A DNA stretch of 64,000 nucleotides from Octopus bimaculoides (GCF_001194135.2 NC_068982.1:113526044-113590043), one strand, 5' to 3'. Counted from the first letter of the stretch, positions 36,998-49,813 are shown. Notes: generated from the letters alone by a model not told the origin. Made by a program: numbers and translations.

Positions 36998-38267
36998 GAG
37001 AAGACCTATGAACAAAAACATTCTAACCTTGACCATCCTTTGTGTGTGTGTGTGTTCTGATCGAATGGTAATTCCGGGGCTACATTATGCAAAATTGTGT
37101 TACTACTTTAAAAATGATGAAGCATTTAATTTTAGAAATGTTTGGCTACTATTGTTAGCTAGTCGATCAGTTGCGTAGAGTCTCTCTTCTTGATTCGATA
37201 ACCATCTACAGGCTTCTTTGGTGGTTCTTATGAGTTTATTTATCGGGGTTTTGAGTTATTGTTTTTGTCTCTCCTTCCCGTGAAGAGTTATACACCTGTC
37301 AACTAGTAAAAGATGTTTTCAATAAAGAAAACACGCAAGACGCAATTTACCCGTGGACATATTTGTATTGCATTTCGTTGTGAAAATCTTAAATATATTA
37401 TATCTCATCTACTCAGACTTAATTTTTTATATACTTTCGAGAAATTAGATTTTTCTTTTTTCTCTAAATAATTGTTCACTATGTCGTTCTCAAAATCTTA
37501 TAAATTCAATAAACAGTAGACAGACATTTTTCAGAAATACTGTTTATATTTTAATGATTTCAGTCTTATTTAATGATATTTTTGTTTTATTTATTCCTGC
37601 CAAGATGAAGAAAACAGTATTTGTAAAACTGAAGCCAAAAGAAAAAATACAGTTAGATGTATATAAAAGATAATTTCATTTATGGAAGTGTAGAGAAAAT
37701 TACTAGCTGGTTTCAAAGAAGGAAATTGTGACAGTTTCTTTTTAATCATCTATTAGTAGGGCACTTGTAACTAATTGCCTTGTCATTACTAATGGGATGA
37801 TGCACCACCGTCAAATGACAAACGTCTCATGATGACTTCGTTGACAAGAACTGTATATATAGTATGGAATATTCCTGGACGAATACAAAGATAGCTTCTC
37901 GTTGGATTCCTTTAAGTGATTTTTACAAGGCACTATTTTGACAGGTTTAACCAATTGTTATAGTGTGAAGAAAAGGAGAATTGTCTCCATTTCTTGACTG
38001 GTACTTTATTTATGGACGCCAAATGGATGAAAGGCAAAGCTGACCTCAGTGAGATTTGAACTCAATATGCTGAGATCCGAAACTGTAAAAACTCACCACC
38101 CTATTATGAGAATAGAAATATATTTAAGTCATTCTTTGAAAATACTCTTCAATTGGTTTTTACAATATTAAAAATATATATGTGGGTACCTATATTATTA
38201 GGTATTCAACCAGTATTATCTTGGATATTTCTATCCCTCCGAGGTTTATATCCTCAATTGTACTTTG

Positions 38268-39970
38268 ATTAAAAGAAATTTTACACACACATAAGATCAT
38301 TAAAAGCCACAAACAACCTAGCCTTTTCTATGGTCTACCAAAAATCCACAAAAGCCAGATTATAAATGAAACCACAAAAAATCCCCAAAGACGTACCTAC
38401 ATACACCAAACCCAGTGGACCTAAAATTACGACCCATTATAGCTGGCCCAGCCTGTGAAACACACAGACTAAGTCTATTTATGGACATCCTCCTAAAACC
38501 CTTCCTTAAACACATCAATAGCTATATCAGAGATGACTTGGATATGCTAAATCACCTCCCAAAAAAGTCAGGGAAGAAACAATCATGGTTTCATTTGATG
38601 TAATTAATTTATATACCAGTATACCTCATAATTATGGGCTAGAGGCAATTCAGTTCTGGCTGGACCAATTTCCGGAAGAAATACCAGAAAGGATCAGCAA
38701 AGAATTCATAATTGAATCGGTTGAATTCATCCTACGGAACAACCACTTTATGTTTGACAATACGTTTTATCGACAAAAATCCGGAAATGCCATGGGCACT
38801 AGAGCAGCCCGTCATTGCGAACCTAACAATGGGCTATCTAGAAATAATAATATACCAGGAATCTTTATCTATCTTTGGAAATCCCCTTTCCCAATACATA
38901 AAAGAAAATTGGAAAAGATTCCTAGACGACTGTTCCATATTCTGGAATGAAAACACAGTCAAACTCCTGAAATTCAAAAGACTATTGAATAGCGTCAGCC
39001 TAAACATACAGTTCACAATGGAGTACAACCAAAAAGAGCTCCCATTCTTGGATATACTAATTTTAAAAAATAAAACCTAAAAATAGAAACGGACATATTT
39101 TACAAAACCACAGACGCCAAACAATATCTACTATTTGATTCATGCCACCCAAGACACACCAAAACAAATATCTCCTTCAACTTTGCAAGAAGGATATGCA
39201 CAATAGTGTCAGAAAAAAATATCAGAGACTTTAGACAGCAAGAACTCAAAAACACCCTAATTGACAGACACTACCCAGTTCAACTCATACAGGATGGAAT
39301 CAGACGTGCAACACAAATCGACATAGAAACCTTAAGAAAAATTCAACACCTTCCCCGAAAATACTGCCGTACATATCCACATACAACCCCAGAAACAAAG
39401 AAGCCTTCACCATCATCACCCAAAATTTACCAATGCTACATAAAGACCCCAAATTAAAGGAAATTTAAACACACATAAGACCATTAAAAGCCACAAACAA
39501 CCGAAATCACTAAAAAAGATCCTCACAAAGGCAAAATTATTTTCTAAAATAACAGACGCAAACGTGAAAAAATGTGGTCGACCAAATTGTGCAACATGCC
39601 CAAACCTTCTAGAAGGACCAGAATTCCTTTCCAAAGAGAAACAAAAATTCAAAATCAAATCTGACTTTACTTGTGCTTCAGAAAACCTGATTAATGTTAT
39701 AAGATGCTCGGGCTGCCACCAAAACTGCATAGGCTCCACGGGATTATCGTTCAGACGCAGATGCACTATGCACCGAGGGCAGATTGTATTCCCAGAATAC
39801 AGAATTATACCCTTTATTGAACGTATTGAGAAATGCGCAAAACAACTGCTACCATAATTTGTAACCGTTCCATTCTATCAATGTGCCATTGGAACACCAA
39901 CACAAGTTAGATTAAATAAGGAAACCTACTTCATTGAAAAATATAAGCCAAAACTGTTGCAAGACGACTG
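38268..39970 (+). mobile_element. Penelope-like retroelement (Neptune-type), RT + GIY-YIG ORF broken by frameshifts and stops
   Basis: PSLFYGLPKIHK, DLKLRPIIAGP, SFDVINLYTSIPH, YRQKSGNAMGT, ANLTMGYLE, WKRFLDDC, ELPFLDILI, TDIFYKTTD, SCHP, then CGRPNCATC linker knuckle and FTCASENLINVIRCSGC..CIGSTG endonuclease, ending KYKPKL. Neptune assignment inferred from the Cys knuckle. Confidence 0.95.
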
Positions 39971-40496
39971 GTAGCTACATCAACGGCAGCTTTGATTTCG
40001 GAGTGTTTTGTCTTAAACTTTTCTCAGTAAAGAATACCACAAGGCAACAGGAATTTGAAAGAATATTTTCACACAGGTGGATGGTCATTGATTCTCATGA
40101 GTTCATCCGCCCTTTAACGGGTCTTGTTGCTTATCCTGCAGGATGTCCAAAAATCATCGCCCTCCCCAAACAGGTTTGATTGGTTTGCTAGTTTAGTCGA
40201 TGATGACTCGACCATGCAACAGGTTGTATTGGGAAATATGTTAACTAATAACACTCTAGAATGACTTGACATGTATGTATGCATGTATGTATGTATTCCA
40301 CCCGATAAAGCCTTCACACACGACTATTGCTGCAAAAATTCAACTATACAGTAATTATAAAGAATGGTCTTCTATAATAGTATATGAATATAAACTCAGC
40401 ATCTTAAGGCTGGTGTGCTGTGCAGAAACAAATATTAACAATCTACTGTTGAAGCCTGACATCCTCCATCCCCGTGTTAAATTGCATATATATAGA

Positions 40497-40537
<41 letters not shown>

Positions 40538-40539
40538 CG

Positions 40540-40815
40540 ATGGACGTCAAAAACGACGTATGAACGTTCAGCTTTTGCCGAACGATCTGCACAAATGTTC
40601 GTGCTGCACATTAGCTCTCTCTCTCTCTCTCTCCATCAAATTGACGTTGTCTGAACAGGTGCACTGAGTACCACGTGTCAGGTATCGAAGTGATCGCAGA
40701 TCAACGTGAAGCAGTATTTTGCTCAAGAGCACAACGCACCACCCGGTCTAAGAATTGAAATCATGATTGCTGGATTGTGAATGCAACACCTTTACCACTA
40801 AGTCATGCGCCCTCA
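40540..40815 (-). mobile_element. tRNA/CORE-type SINE family D with internal (GA)n
   Basis: Minus strand GGGCGCATGACTTAGTGGTAAAGGTGTTGCATTCAC...GATTTCAATTC...GTGCTCTTGAGCAAAATACT is a tRNA-like head plus CORE-like motif; abuts a (GATA)n tract. Confidence 0.7.
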
Positions 40816-41093
40816 CACACACATGCACACATACACACACATGCACACACACACACGCACTAACACACACACACACACACACACACACATGAGCTTGCTT
40901 CATTAAGTTCATTACACTTTTTAAAAATAAATGTGTGATATTGTACGTGCGGGTGTACGTGAATGGGTGTGCGAGTTGTTTTCGTACATTTTATCGACTG
41001 TTCACCTTCCAAATTACTTCTGTGGTAAGTTATAAATAGACATAATTGTTTCCTCTGCCGTATTTGTCCACTTTCCCGCAGAGGAAAACTCAC

Positions 41094-41116
41094 CGATATA
41101 TAAAGTTTATATCAAT
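41094..41116 (-). CDS. Candidate 23-nt micro-exon (IDINFIYR), unidentified
   Basis: Minus strand TTTCAG| acceptor and |GTGAGT donor; one open frame, phase-compatible with 42809-42855. Confidence 0.15.
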
Positions 41117-41730
41117 CTGAAATTCACAAGATTTCGATATGAAGAAATTCCAAATTGGTATTACTTTGTTTCCTGTATTATTTTAGTTTTGTTGTACAGG
41201 TGATAAGTGTTGTTCTTATCCAAAAGTCGTAAATCCTTCAAGGCACTCTGAGTCGCTTCCTCCTTATCAGTATAACTTCCAGGATTCACAGAAACCAGTA
41301 GCCATTTGCCATAATAAATTACTTACAATCTCTTCACTAAATTCTTTTTTTTTTCTTAACTATTTCTTTTTTCTTTTATTCTATCTATAAGCCCAAAGCT
41401 AGCTTCAGTTTTTGTTTTCATGCCACTCTTGGTCGTCGATAAATAGTAATACTCACAATGAAGAGAACAAACCTAGTACAACTGAGTAGATATTATGAAA
41501 GTGCAAATTTTTATTTGATGCGGGCCATAAGCTAGCTGTCTCATTACTATTCAAAGTATTTCAAAATACCATTTTCTAACACAACCACAATACGACGGAT
41601 ATTGAGTGGGTGCTGCATTCGATTTGATTCACTCCAGTACTTGACTATTTTTTTCCGTTTTACATTTTTTTAATTTTTAATTTTTTTTATTTTTTCTTCT
41701 CTGCCTATGGTTTCCCCTCGTCTGTTTTTC

Positions 41731-41763
41731 CTTTCTGAAGAACTCACATCCGAAATGTCAAAG
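41731..41763 (+). ncRNA. Degenerate PLE-type hammerhead motif
   Basis: CUUU-CUGAAGA-ACUCACAUCC-GAAA-UGUC-AAAG: perfect 4-bp stem I and GUC site, but stem II and the palindrome are broken. Confidence 0.4.
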
Positions 41764-42808
41764 TTACTCTTTTTTATTATTCAAGTTTTAAACATATCTT
41801 ATTCATCGTTCTTTGTAATGTTAATTCTTTTTTTTTTTTTTTACGATTTTGACTGTTTTTGACTTCGCATTATTTACACACACAAACACCAGCGAACATA
41901 TACACATAGATACACGCGCGCGCGCGCGCGCGCACGCACATACACACATATACACACACACACTAACATATACGCACACACGCACACACACATACACCCA
42001 CACATAATTCCTACTCGCGTTTCGCTTTTATGATTGCCTGGAGTCCTACAATAGGTGTTCCAAAAGCCAAACCACAACGGATCATCAGGGAACACTAATA
42101 ATGTAATAATGTCAATGCAAAAAAAAAATAGCAAGAATTTTGTTTCTCTGTTGTTTATAACAAACAGATGCATTATTTAGTCATTAACTAAACTTATATT
42201 AACCAACCTCGTCATCCTTCATCTGCTTCTTCCTCACAGCTGTTTGATTCTCACTATTATCATCGAAACATAATTCAAATAAACAGAAGTAAAGAATGTA
42301 CCTCTGTTTACCATAAATAACTATGTCTAATTCAGGTAGCTATTTCACATGATAAGTATTGTGTTCTACTCTGTTATTTTTGTTACTTTCATTACAGCTA
42401 TTTTATTGTAATTGCTTATATTCATATGGCAACATTGATTGCCAAAATAAACCATCTAGATTATTTACCCTCAGCAAAGAAGAGTGAAATTAATTAAGCC
42501 TTTAATCTGATTCTTTACAGTTTCTTACCTGCTAATACACTACCCTGCCTTTGCCTTTCATTCTGCTACTGTATTGGCCTCTGCTCATCCAAATAGGCTT
42601 AGCTTATGCCACATCTACTTAGGCTTTCCTCCATTCCTAACTATCCTTCCCTTTTCACTTTTGTTATTTCAGCCCCTCATCCAGCCTTATTCGCATTAAT
42701 CCTATACCCGATCTTTTCTTTAGAATATTTCAGGGTTTCTGCTCATATCTTTCCTGCAGATGTTAAATTCCAAATGTTCAAGGGGAACATCAATGGCTTC
42801 ACTCTCAC

Positions 42809-42855
42809 CTGTCTAGGAGGGCCTGTGAAGGTTATAGGCATTTCTTCTTCCAAAC
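42809..42855 (-). CDS. Candidate 47-nt internal exon (xLEEEMPITFTGPPRQ), unidentified
   Basis: Minus strand AATTTCTTTTACACAATAG| acceptor, CAG|GTGAGA donor, single open frame, GC content above flanks. Confidence 0.22.
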
Positions 42856-42994
42856 CTATTGTGTAAAAGAAATTCTCAGTGAAATAATTAAGTTGTTGCT
42901 ATTGTTGTTGTAGTACACGCACACTTGGAGGGAACTGAACTGGTTTATCTAATTTGCATAACAATGCAAATATTGGCAACGTAAATTAAAAAAG

Positions 42995-44390
42995 AAGACT
43001 GGTAAGTTAACCACGATGTATACTTTTCCATCTGCTTGCCTCTCGGCAGCTGGAACAGACAAGGCTCTCTCTCTATACTCATAGAACGCAGGCGAGTTTC
43101 CGACAGAAACAGCCTCCAGCTTATGTCGACCTTCACACGGCATTTGGCTCAGTGGACAGGGATGCGCTCTGAAGGATTCAGGAGCTGCGATGTATACTAG
43201 TCTGACTGGTTGTACTGTATTCTGAGACAGTATTCTGAGACAGTAAGCACATCTCAGATTGAGGGATCAACATCTGACTTTTTCCAAGTTAGATCTGGGA
43301 TCCGTCAGGGTTGCTTTGGGTTTCCACTCTGTTGAATGCCTGCATGGCCTAGATATTTAGCCGGATGGTGGATCGACTGAGTTGTGGACCGCTCGTTGAT
43401 AAGACCAGAATTACTGGCCTATATTTTGTAATAATGAAGTTATTTACATTATTTACAATTGACGGATATTTGTCCTTATCTTGTTTGTTGTTAACACGTT
43501 TCGGCTGATATACCCTCCAGCCTTCATCAGATGAGGACAAAATTTCGTCAATTGTAAATAATGTAAATAATGTACATAATTCCTCATCTCTTAAATATAG
43601 AACTGAATGCAGTTATTCTTGTTGAGTCTTTGGATGTCTTAACGAGTGCTCGCTTTTCGCTAAGTAAGGAAGCGGAACCACTTGGCCTTAGAGTTTCTTG
43701 GGTCATGACAAATATCCAGTCTTTCATTGGTTTCCTGCGGAACCACATCTCGCCTGTCTCTATTTCGGATGAGAATGTCGAAGTTGTTGAGCGCTTCACT
43801 TATCTCGGCAGCCATAGCAGCATTAACTACGAGTCCTAAGTATCAAAAAGACTTGGGCATACTGGTGCATTTGTGCACTCACTGAACAATGGTGTTTGAC
43901 GCTTCCAGTATTTGAGCAGGAGGACAAAGGTTCGAGTCTACAGGTCGTTGAGCCTCCCTGTCTTGCTCTACAGTTGCAAGACGTGGATACCGTCCATAGC
44001 CCTTAGGAGCCGTCTGAACTCCTTTGGTACTACGAAGTTTCGCAGGATTATGAGCTGCCATTGGTCGGATTTCGTATTTAACCAACAATTAAATTAAGAA
44101 ACTGGGATGCGCCTTGCTACTTGTATAATTCGGAAGCGTCAGTTCACACTGTTCGGTCACGTTGTTAGATTTTCAGGGTTGGATCCTGCGGATTGTGTTC
44201 CCTTCCTTGAGGATTCAGCTGGGATGACGGCCCATATTGGTTGGTCACATGTCTCATGCTCACAATAAATTAAATATTTCATGGAGAGGGACACTACTCG
44301 GAGTGTTTCCCAGAACCTCCCGAGCAAATACCGACAATTAGTTGGTGCAGCGATGTTCTGCAACGGCACATGCTCCCATACCTAAACCTG
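42995..44390 (+). mobile_element. 5'-truncated decayed RTE-clade LINE (RT through 3' end), interrupted at 43445-43605
   Basis: AYVDLHTAFGSVDRDAL, SGIRQGC, AVILVESLDVL..EAEPLGLRVSW, VERFTYLGS, RRTKVRVYRSLSLPVLLYSCKTW, LFGHVVRF, ending GTCSHT*ACCTG. Confidence 0.93.
43445..43605 (-). mobile_element. About 160-bp fold-back PLE-terminal fragment with hammerhead core (43496-43530)
   Basis: Minus strand CUGAUGA-A-GGCUG-(10 nt)-CAGCC-GAAACGU; 40-bp inverted arms 43441-43480 / 43530-43569 (36/40); TSD-like AATG[A/C]AGTTATT at 43433-43444 and 43606-43617. Confidence 0.8.
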
Positions 44391-46046
44391 TTCTGTATAT
44401 TCTTTTGCAGCAAGGTTCAATATGTTTACTCCAAAAATCAACGTTCATAAGTTTACTTAGCCTTTCTACATATTATATTGTTGTATAGTATTTCAATTAA
44501 TTCGATGGGAATAAACTATAACAACATGAGGTTTTGAGTGAAATTTTAAGTAAGGTTGAACGACCGCGTATAAATTCCTTCGTTGGTTAATGTAGTTCCA
44601 CTGAGACTCTGAAGAAAAGACGGCATGTTCACGGCTATAACACTGTTTGTTGAGGTCTGTTCAATATAGATTAACTTGAGACTAAACAACAATTTTTTCA
44701 CCACACGCCTTTATCAGAGTTCTATCTGTTACAAGTTTTCAGAATAGACTCTCCCTGCTCTTGTTTCGACGCAATGCCCACTTTGACCTACAGATGGTCA
44801 AGCCGGACACCAGTTACATCAATATCACCAGCCTGAGAGATGATTCATACCCTGCTCTCCTCTTCTGACTAATTTACATAATAAAAAAATACAAATTCGA
44901 AATTCCGACGTAACGTTTACAGTATTACTGATCCAATAGAACTATTTCTGTAAAGCTGTGCTCGTTTCTCTGGAACTGTGATCAAACGTAAAGTAAGTAG
45001 AACAGAAGTGTTCTGTCACCTATATATCACAGTATCATTAACCAGTGTTGCAAAATAATTTCACTTGCAAAATATCGATCTAAAAATGGAAGGAGGAGGA
45101 GGAGGAGGAGGAGGAAGAGGATTTTCAGCAGCTTAGCTTCTGCCATCTTATTTTCTTATTTTGCCATATCTTATCTCCTGCATGCACGATGTTGACTTGA
45201 ACTAGTTGTGACACTTACGTTCATCCATATGAAAATGACAACAACCGAAAAGGAGAAGGGAGGGTAAGGAGAAATCGAAAAAAAAATGTATTCATAAATT
45301 CACGATCCTATATAAATAAAATCAATGAAACACACATTTACATATTTTATGAATACAAATATTGGAAAAGGGAGAAAAAAATCTATACAAGTTTGCTAGA
45401 ATAGAGATAAAATAGAGATTAAATTAGAAAAATGTTTAATCAAACTATGAAAAAGATTGATAATTTGAAATGGCAGTCAGATTTCATTTGATTATTATTT
45501 CAAATTATCCAGTTGGTCTCAACTAAGGGCAACCTGGATGTAACTTTCCGTTTATTTTTCAATCAAATAGAGTGATGGTTATCACTTCTCAAGTTGTCAC
45601 TTTGTTTTACAGGGTAGTCAATGATGTTTAAATAACGATCTAATTCGAACATTAATCATATCGAACAAGAATTGTAATTATAAAGGAGTTGCAGTTATCA
45701 TGTAGATAGTGTATCGGTCTGTCGCCTGAAGATTTCCCAGTTCGTGTCCCATTAATTGTCGCTTTACTTTACCTTGGACAAGTCATTCAATCCCGTCTGT
45801 TCTATTTATTCGAAGGAAGAAACAATAAGAGAGTTCAGAAAGAAAAACCCGATTCAGACGGAAGAACACTGATTTAATATATAACATGATAAACACAGAA
45901 AGATTCCGATTCTTTCGTTGCTTAAAAGAACAGTTGGTTGAATTGGAAGTGTACTCTTTTGTTGAAAACACAGAAATTAATCAAATATATTTAATAATAA
46001 TCATATTATTATTAAATAATATAATCATATTATTATTAAATAAGTT

Positions 46047-46260
46047 AAGGCGGCGGGCTAGCCGACTTCTTAGCACTCCAGAAAAAATGCTAATTTGTAT
46101 TTAGTCCATCTTTACGTACTAAGTTCAAATTCCGCCGAGATCAACTTTGCCTTTCATCCTTTCGAGGTCGCTAAAATAAGTACCAGCCAGGTGTAATCGA
46201 TTAGTCCACCCTAACTCCCCGACTCAAAAACTGCTGGTCTTTGGCCAAAATCTGAAACCA
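46047..46260 (+). mobile_element. SINE family B
   Basis: AAGGCGGCGGGCTAGCC...AAGTTCAAATTCCGCCGAGATCAACTTTGCCTTTCATCCTTTCGAGGTCG...GCCAAAATCTGAAAC. Confidence 0.87.
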
Positions 46261-46339
46261 GTCAGCATCTTTTCATAAATAAATTATTGATAATCTCTTT
46301 TTTCCCCACCATTTTATGAACAACACACACACACACATC

Positions 46340-46371
<32 letters not shown>

Positions 46372-46390
46372 TACATATGTGTGCGTGTGA

Positions 46391-46434
<44 letters not shown>

Positions 46435-48235
46435 AGCGAACAGTGAGAATGAGTGCTTAACACTGCTTTGGTGGATAAATAATTTTTATTTGTGAATTAA
46501 TTATGCTAATATTTGGATCCACACTTTGTTTTGTCGGATTCAGTTTTGATTCTTTCTAGATACAAGTTAATTTCACTTATATATCTATGGCACCTGCGAT
46601 TGGCATGAAATATATATTTACTCAGGCCTCCTCTACTCACGTGAGACAGAACTTCATTTCTTGGTAAAAAAAAAAAATGTCTTTTTCTTTTGTCACCTGG
46701 ATAAGAACTGTCAAAATATAAATGATAAAATCCCCTAGTCAACTTATGGCGTGTTTAAAACAGAATTCTCTCTCGTTCTGTCTTATGTTCTTTACCACCT
46801 AACCCTGACACCTACGTATAGTTATCAGAATTAGACACAGCTCAAAGCTAGGAGTAATGTGAGCATAATATAAATGTAGAATAGTTCTTAAGATATGCAA
46901 AACCGACTTCAAATTCTACCATGATTAGATTAAGCAAGAAGGTTGCGTTTCCTTTTTTTATATTTCCTGGAAAAAACATATAAAAATAAAATATCCAGTG
47001 CCTCCTCCTCATCACAATACGTTATAAGACCTAACAACTAAAATGCACATTAGCTACGGTTATATAATAGCAATATATACATATTCAGGTCCCAAATATA
47101 ACATAGATATGTGTTGCCCTTAGCGCCCTGATTTGACATACACGTAAAATTCTGTCAATAAATCCTCGAAAGTAAGAAGTCGGATGAAATGTCAGAACCA
47201 TCACATTGGTACAAGATATAATTTTAGTTTTACATTAAGATTAAGAAAGGATATTGATGTATCACACTGTTAATTAAAGAAGAAAGATCTGAATTAGAGA
47301 ACGAAAATGAGAACCAATAATAGAGTGTGTAATTGGTAACTCGATCCGCCAGATATAGCAACGAAATTTTCCTTAAATCAAGCATACCAACTAAAACATG
47401 TATAAACACATTGGATAATGTTGTCCTTGTTACTCTATGTTTAAAAGAAAAAGATGAGAAGGTAACGGTTAGAGGTCGTTTAAATACCCTCAGCCAGAAC
47501 CAAGTTGAGGCAAAACAAAAAAATAATAACTAGTTATATATATCGGAGTTTGGTTGATAAAGATCTGTATTCAAAGCACTGCACTTGAGCGCACCCCTGA
47601 TCGAGTTCACCTTGCTCGCTTCCACAGTGGCTACTACCGTGAAAAGAAATAGAGATTACAACAACGGATTCCATAGATGAAGCACTACTTGATTCAGTGT
47701 ATAGAATGGTCCTCAGGTAGGTAGTGGTACTGTGTAAATGTAACAATACAAGAGTTTCGAAATATAACTGTAAGAACTTTGTAATAAGTAAAGAAAATTC
47801 TATGCATCCTCGTAATTCCTTAATTTTAAATTCAGATTTCTAATCCTGTTTCATATCATGAAGAAATGATTATCTCCCTTGATATAGTTGCCATCTCTAG
47901 AAAAACCATGTAAAGGATGGACTTAGTTGCACTTTAGCCCCCAGATCAGCCAATCAAAAAACCCGAAAATAACAGCCAACTGACATTTGCCAAAGAGACT
48001 CAGGACAGAAACCACGCTAACGCTAACTGTTATACAGAGACAGTAACATCAAGATGTAACCATATTCGCATGACTTTCGCAGTGTCGTGAGACTCGAGTT
48101 GTGGGATAAATGGTCAATTCAAATAAAGTATACAACATGTATTGCGTACTCTTTCATTCGTTCAGCAAGCACGCATAAATGCTTCTGTAGGTGTTTGTGG
48201 ATATATATAAACGCTGTGTGCCGAACGAACGAGTT

Positions 48236-48280
<45 letters not shown>

Positions 48281-48341
48281 TTATTTATATATATACACAC
48301 ACGCACACAATGGAATAGTTTATATATATATATATATATAA

Positions 48342-48405
<64 letters not shown>

Positions 48406-49117
48406 ATGTATGTATGTATGTGTACTGGAATAATATTGACAGTATTCTCTGAATCAGGAAAACTGTAGTAGGCTGATGATATAAAGGTTGGAGTAGCTTA
48501 GCGTAGCGGAACAAAGCATTTCGAAACAATATTAGTTATATTGTCTATAATGTTTGACTTGTTTGTCTAGAAAGAGGCTTGGCTGTTTTGAACATCTAGT
48601 TTCACTACACATTACTTCAGCCAATAGCTCAAGAAGAAATGCTATGTTATAACAGGCAGATGGTAATTAATGTCACTGTGTGAGGATTTAGAAGTAGGCG
48701 GAAGCAAATGTATTGGCCTAAGTGACAGGTGTAAATGATATGGCTCCATCAGGACTAATGCCTGTTGGGAAATAACAAAGTAAAATAAAGCAGAAACCAA
48801 AAACCTGAACCAAAATAAAAACAACAACAACAAACCCCAAAATCCTATAATGTCAGTTGAGATATACTTGGCAAGTGACCAGAAGACAGAGCTGCAAATA
48901 TAAGCTTGTGGTTGGTGTATAAATTAGTTGTGATTGAAACATTTGTGAAGTAAGAGGACGAGGTAAAAGCGGAGAGGTTGAAAATAATAAATGAGACTAC
49001 TTACAGTCTGTTGCCAGTTGTTTGCTTAAAGCAAATCTACTTCAGTGTCAACATAATAAATTCAACAAAGGCTGTAGTTGCAGAAAAAACCAATCTTAGA
49101 ACTAAATTTTCTTCATT

Positions 49118-49460
49118 CACAACAGCACTGCTATACAACTGAACAACAGCACAATACTACAACATAAAGATGTAGCATTACAATAGCATAGTTGAACCAC
49201 AAGAGAACAATATAACAACAAAGCAGCATCACCATACAACAGTACAACGCCAAAATAACACCATTGTGCAAAAGCTTCAGCGTATAACAATACAACAGAA
49301 CACAGCCACTACACAACAGTACCACAACACGATACTGCTACCTAATACTGTACAACAGCACACCTGTACAATGACGCAACATATAACAACAGTAGAACAC
49401 CACATTACCACATCTGTACAACAGCAGTAGGATCCCACAAGTGCATAACAGCATAGTATA
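49118..49460. repeat. Degenerate CA-rich simple repeat (ACAACAGCA-like units)
   Basis: Recurrent ACAACAG/TACAACA motifs with strong strand skew; explains the C/V/L-rich minus-strand ORFs. Confidence 0.75.
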
Positions 49461-49504
49461 AGAAAAATTCTGCTTTTCATCATCGTACATAGATACATAC
49501 ATAC

Positions 49505-49542
<38 letters not shown>

Positions 49543-49569
49543 TTCAAAAAAACAATAACAAAAAAACAA

Positions 49570-49813
49570 CAAAGTGAGGACGTGATACGGATAGTGTTAT
49601 TGGACGCTCGGGAAAGGAAAGAGAGAGTGTATGACGTTTCGGGCGTAGCCCTTCGTCGGAACGATGGAAAGTTCGGAGAATGGAAAAACGGAGAAAGAGG
49701 AAAATGGTACCGATGCCCACGAGGTTACATTGTGAAAAGACCGGAAGAGGAGGTGGTGGGGGAAAAGTTCTTTCTAAGACAGGAGAGTGAAAAAGGGAGA
49801 TGAATATCTGTGC
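49570..49813 (-). mobile_element. Probable PLE terminal repeat with minimal hammerhead core at 49633-49659
   Basis: Minus strand CCGACGA-A-GGGC-UAC-GCCC-GAA-ACGU-C; runs into an assembly gap. Confidence 0.65.

Noticed and set aside
49005-49071. Minus-strand segment with strong acceptor and GTAAGT donor
   Set aside because: Stops in all three frames; shows that splice-like pairs occur by chance here.
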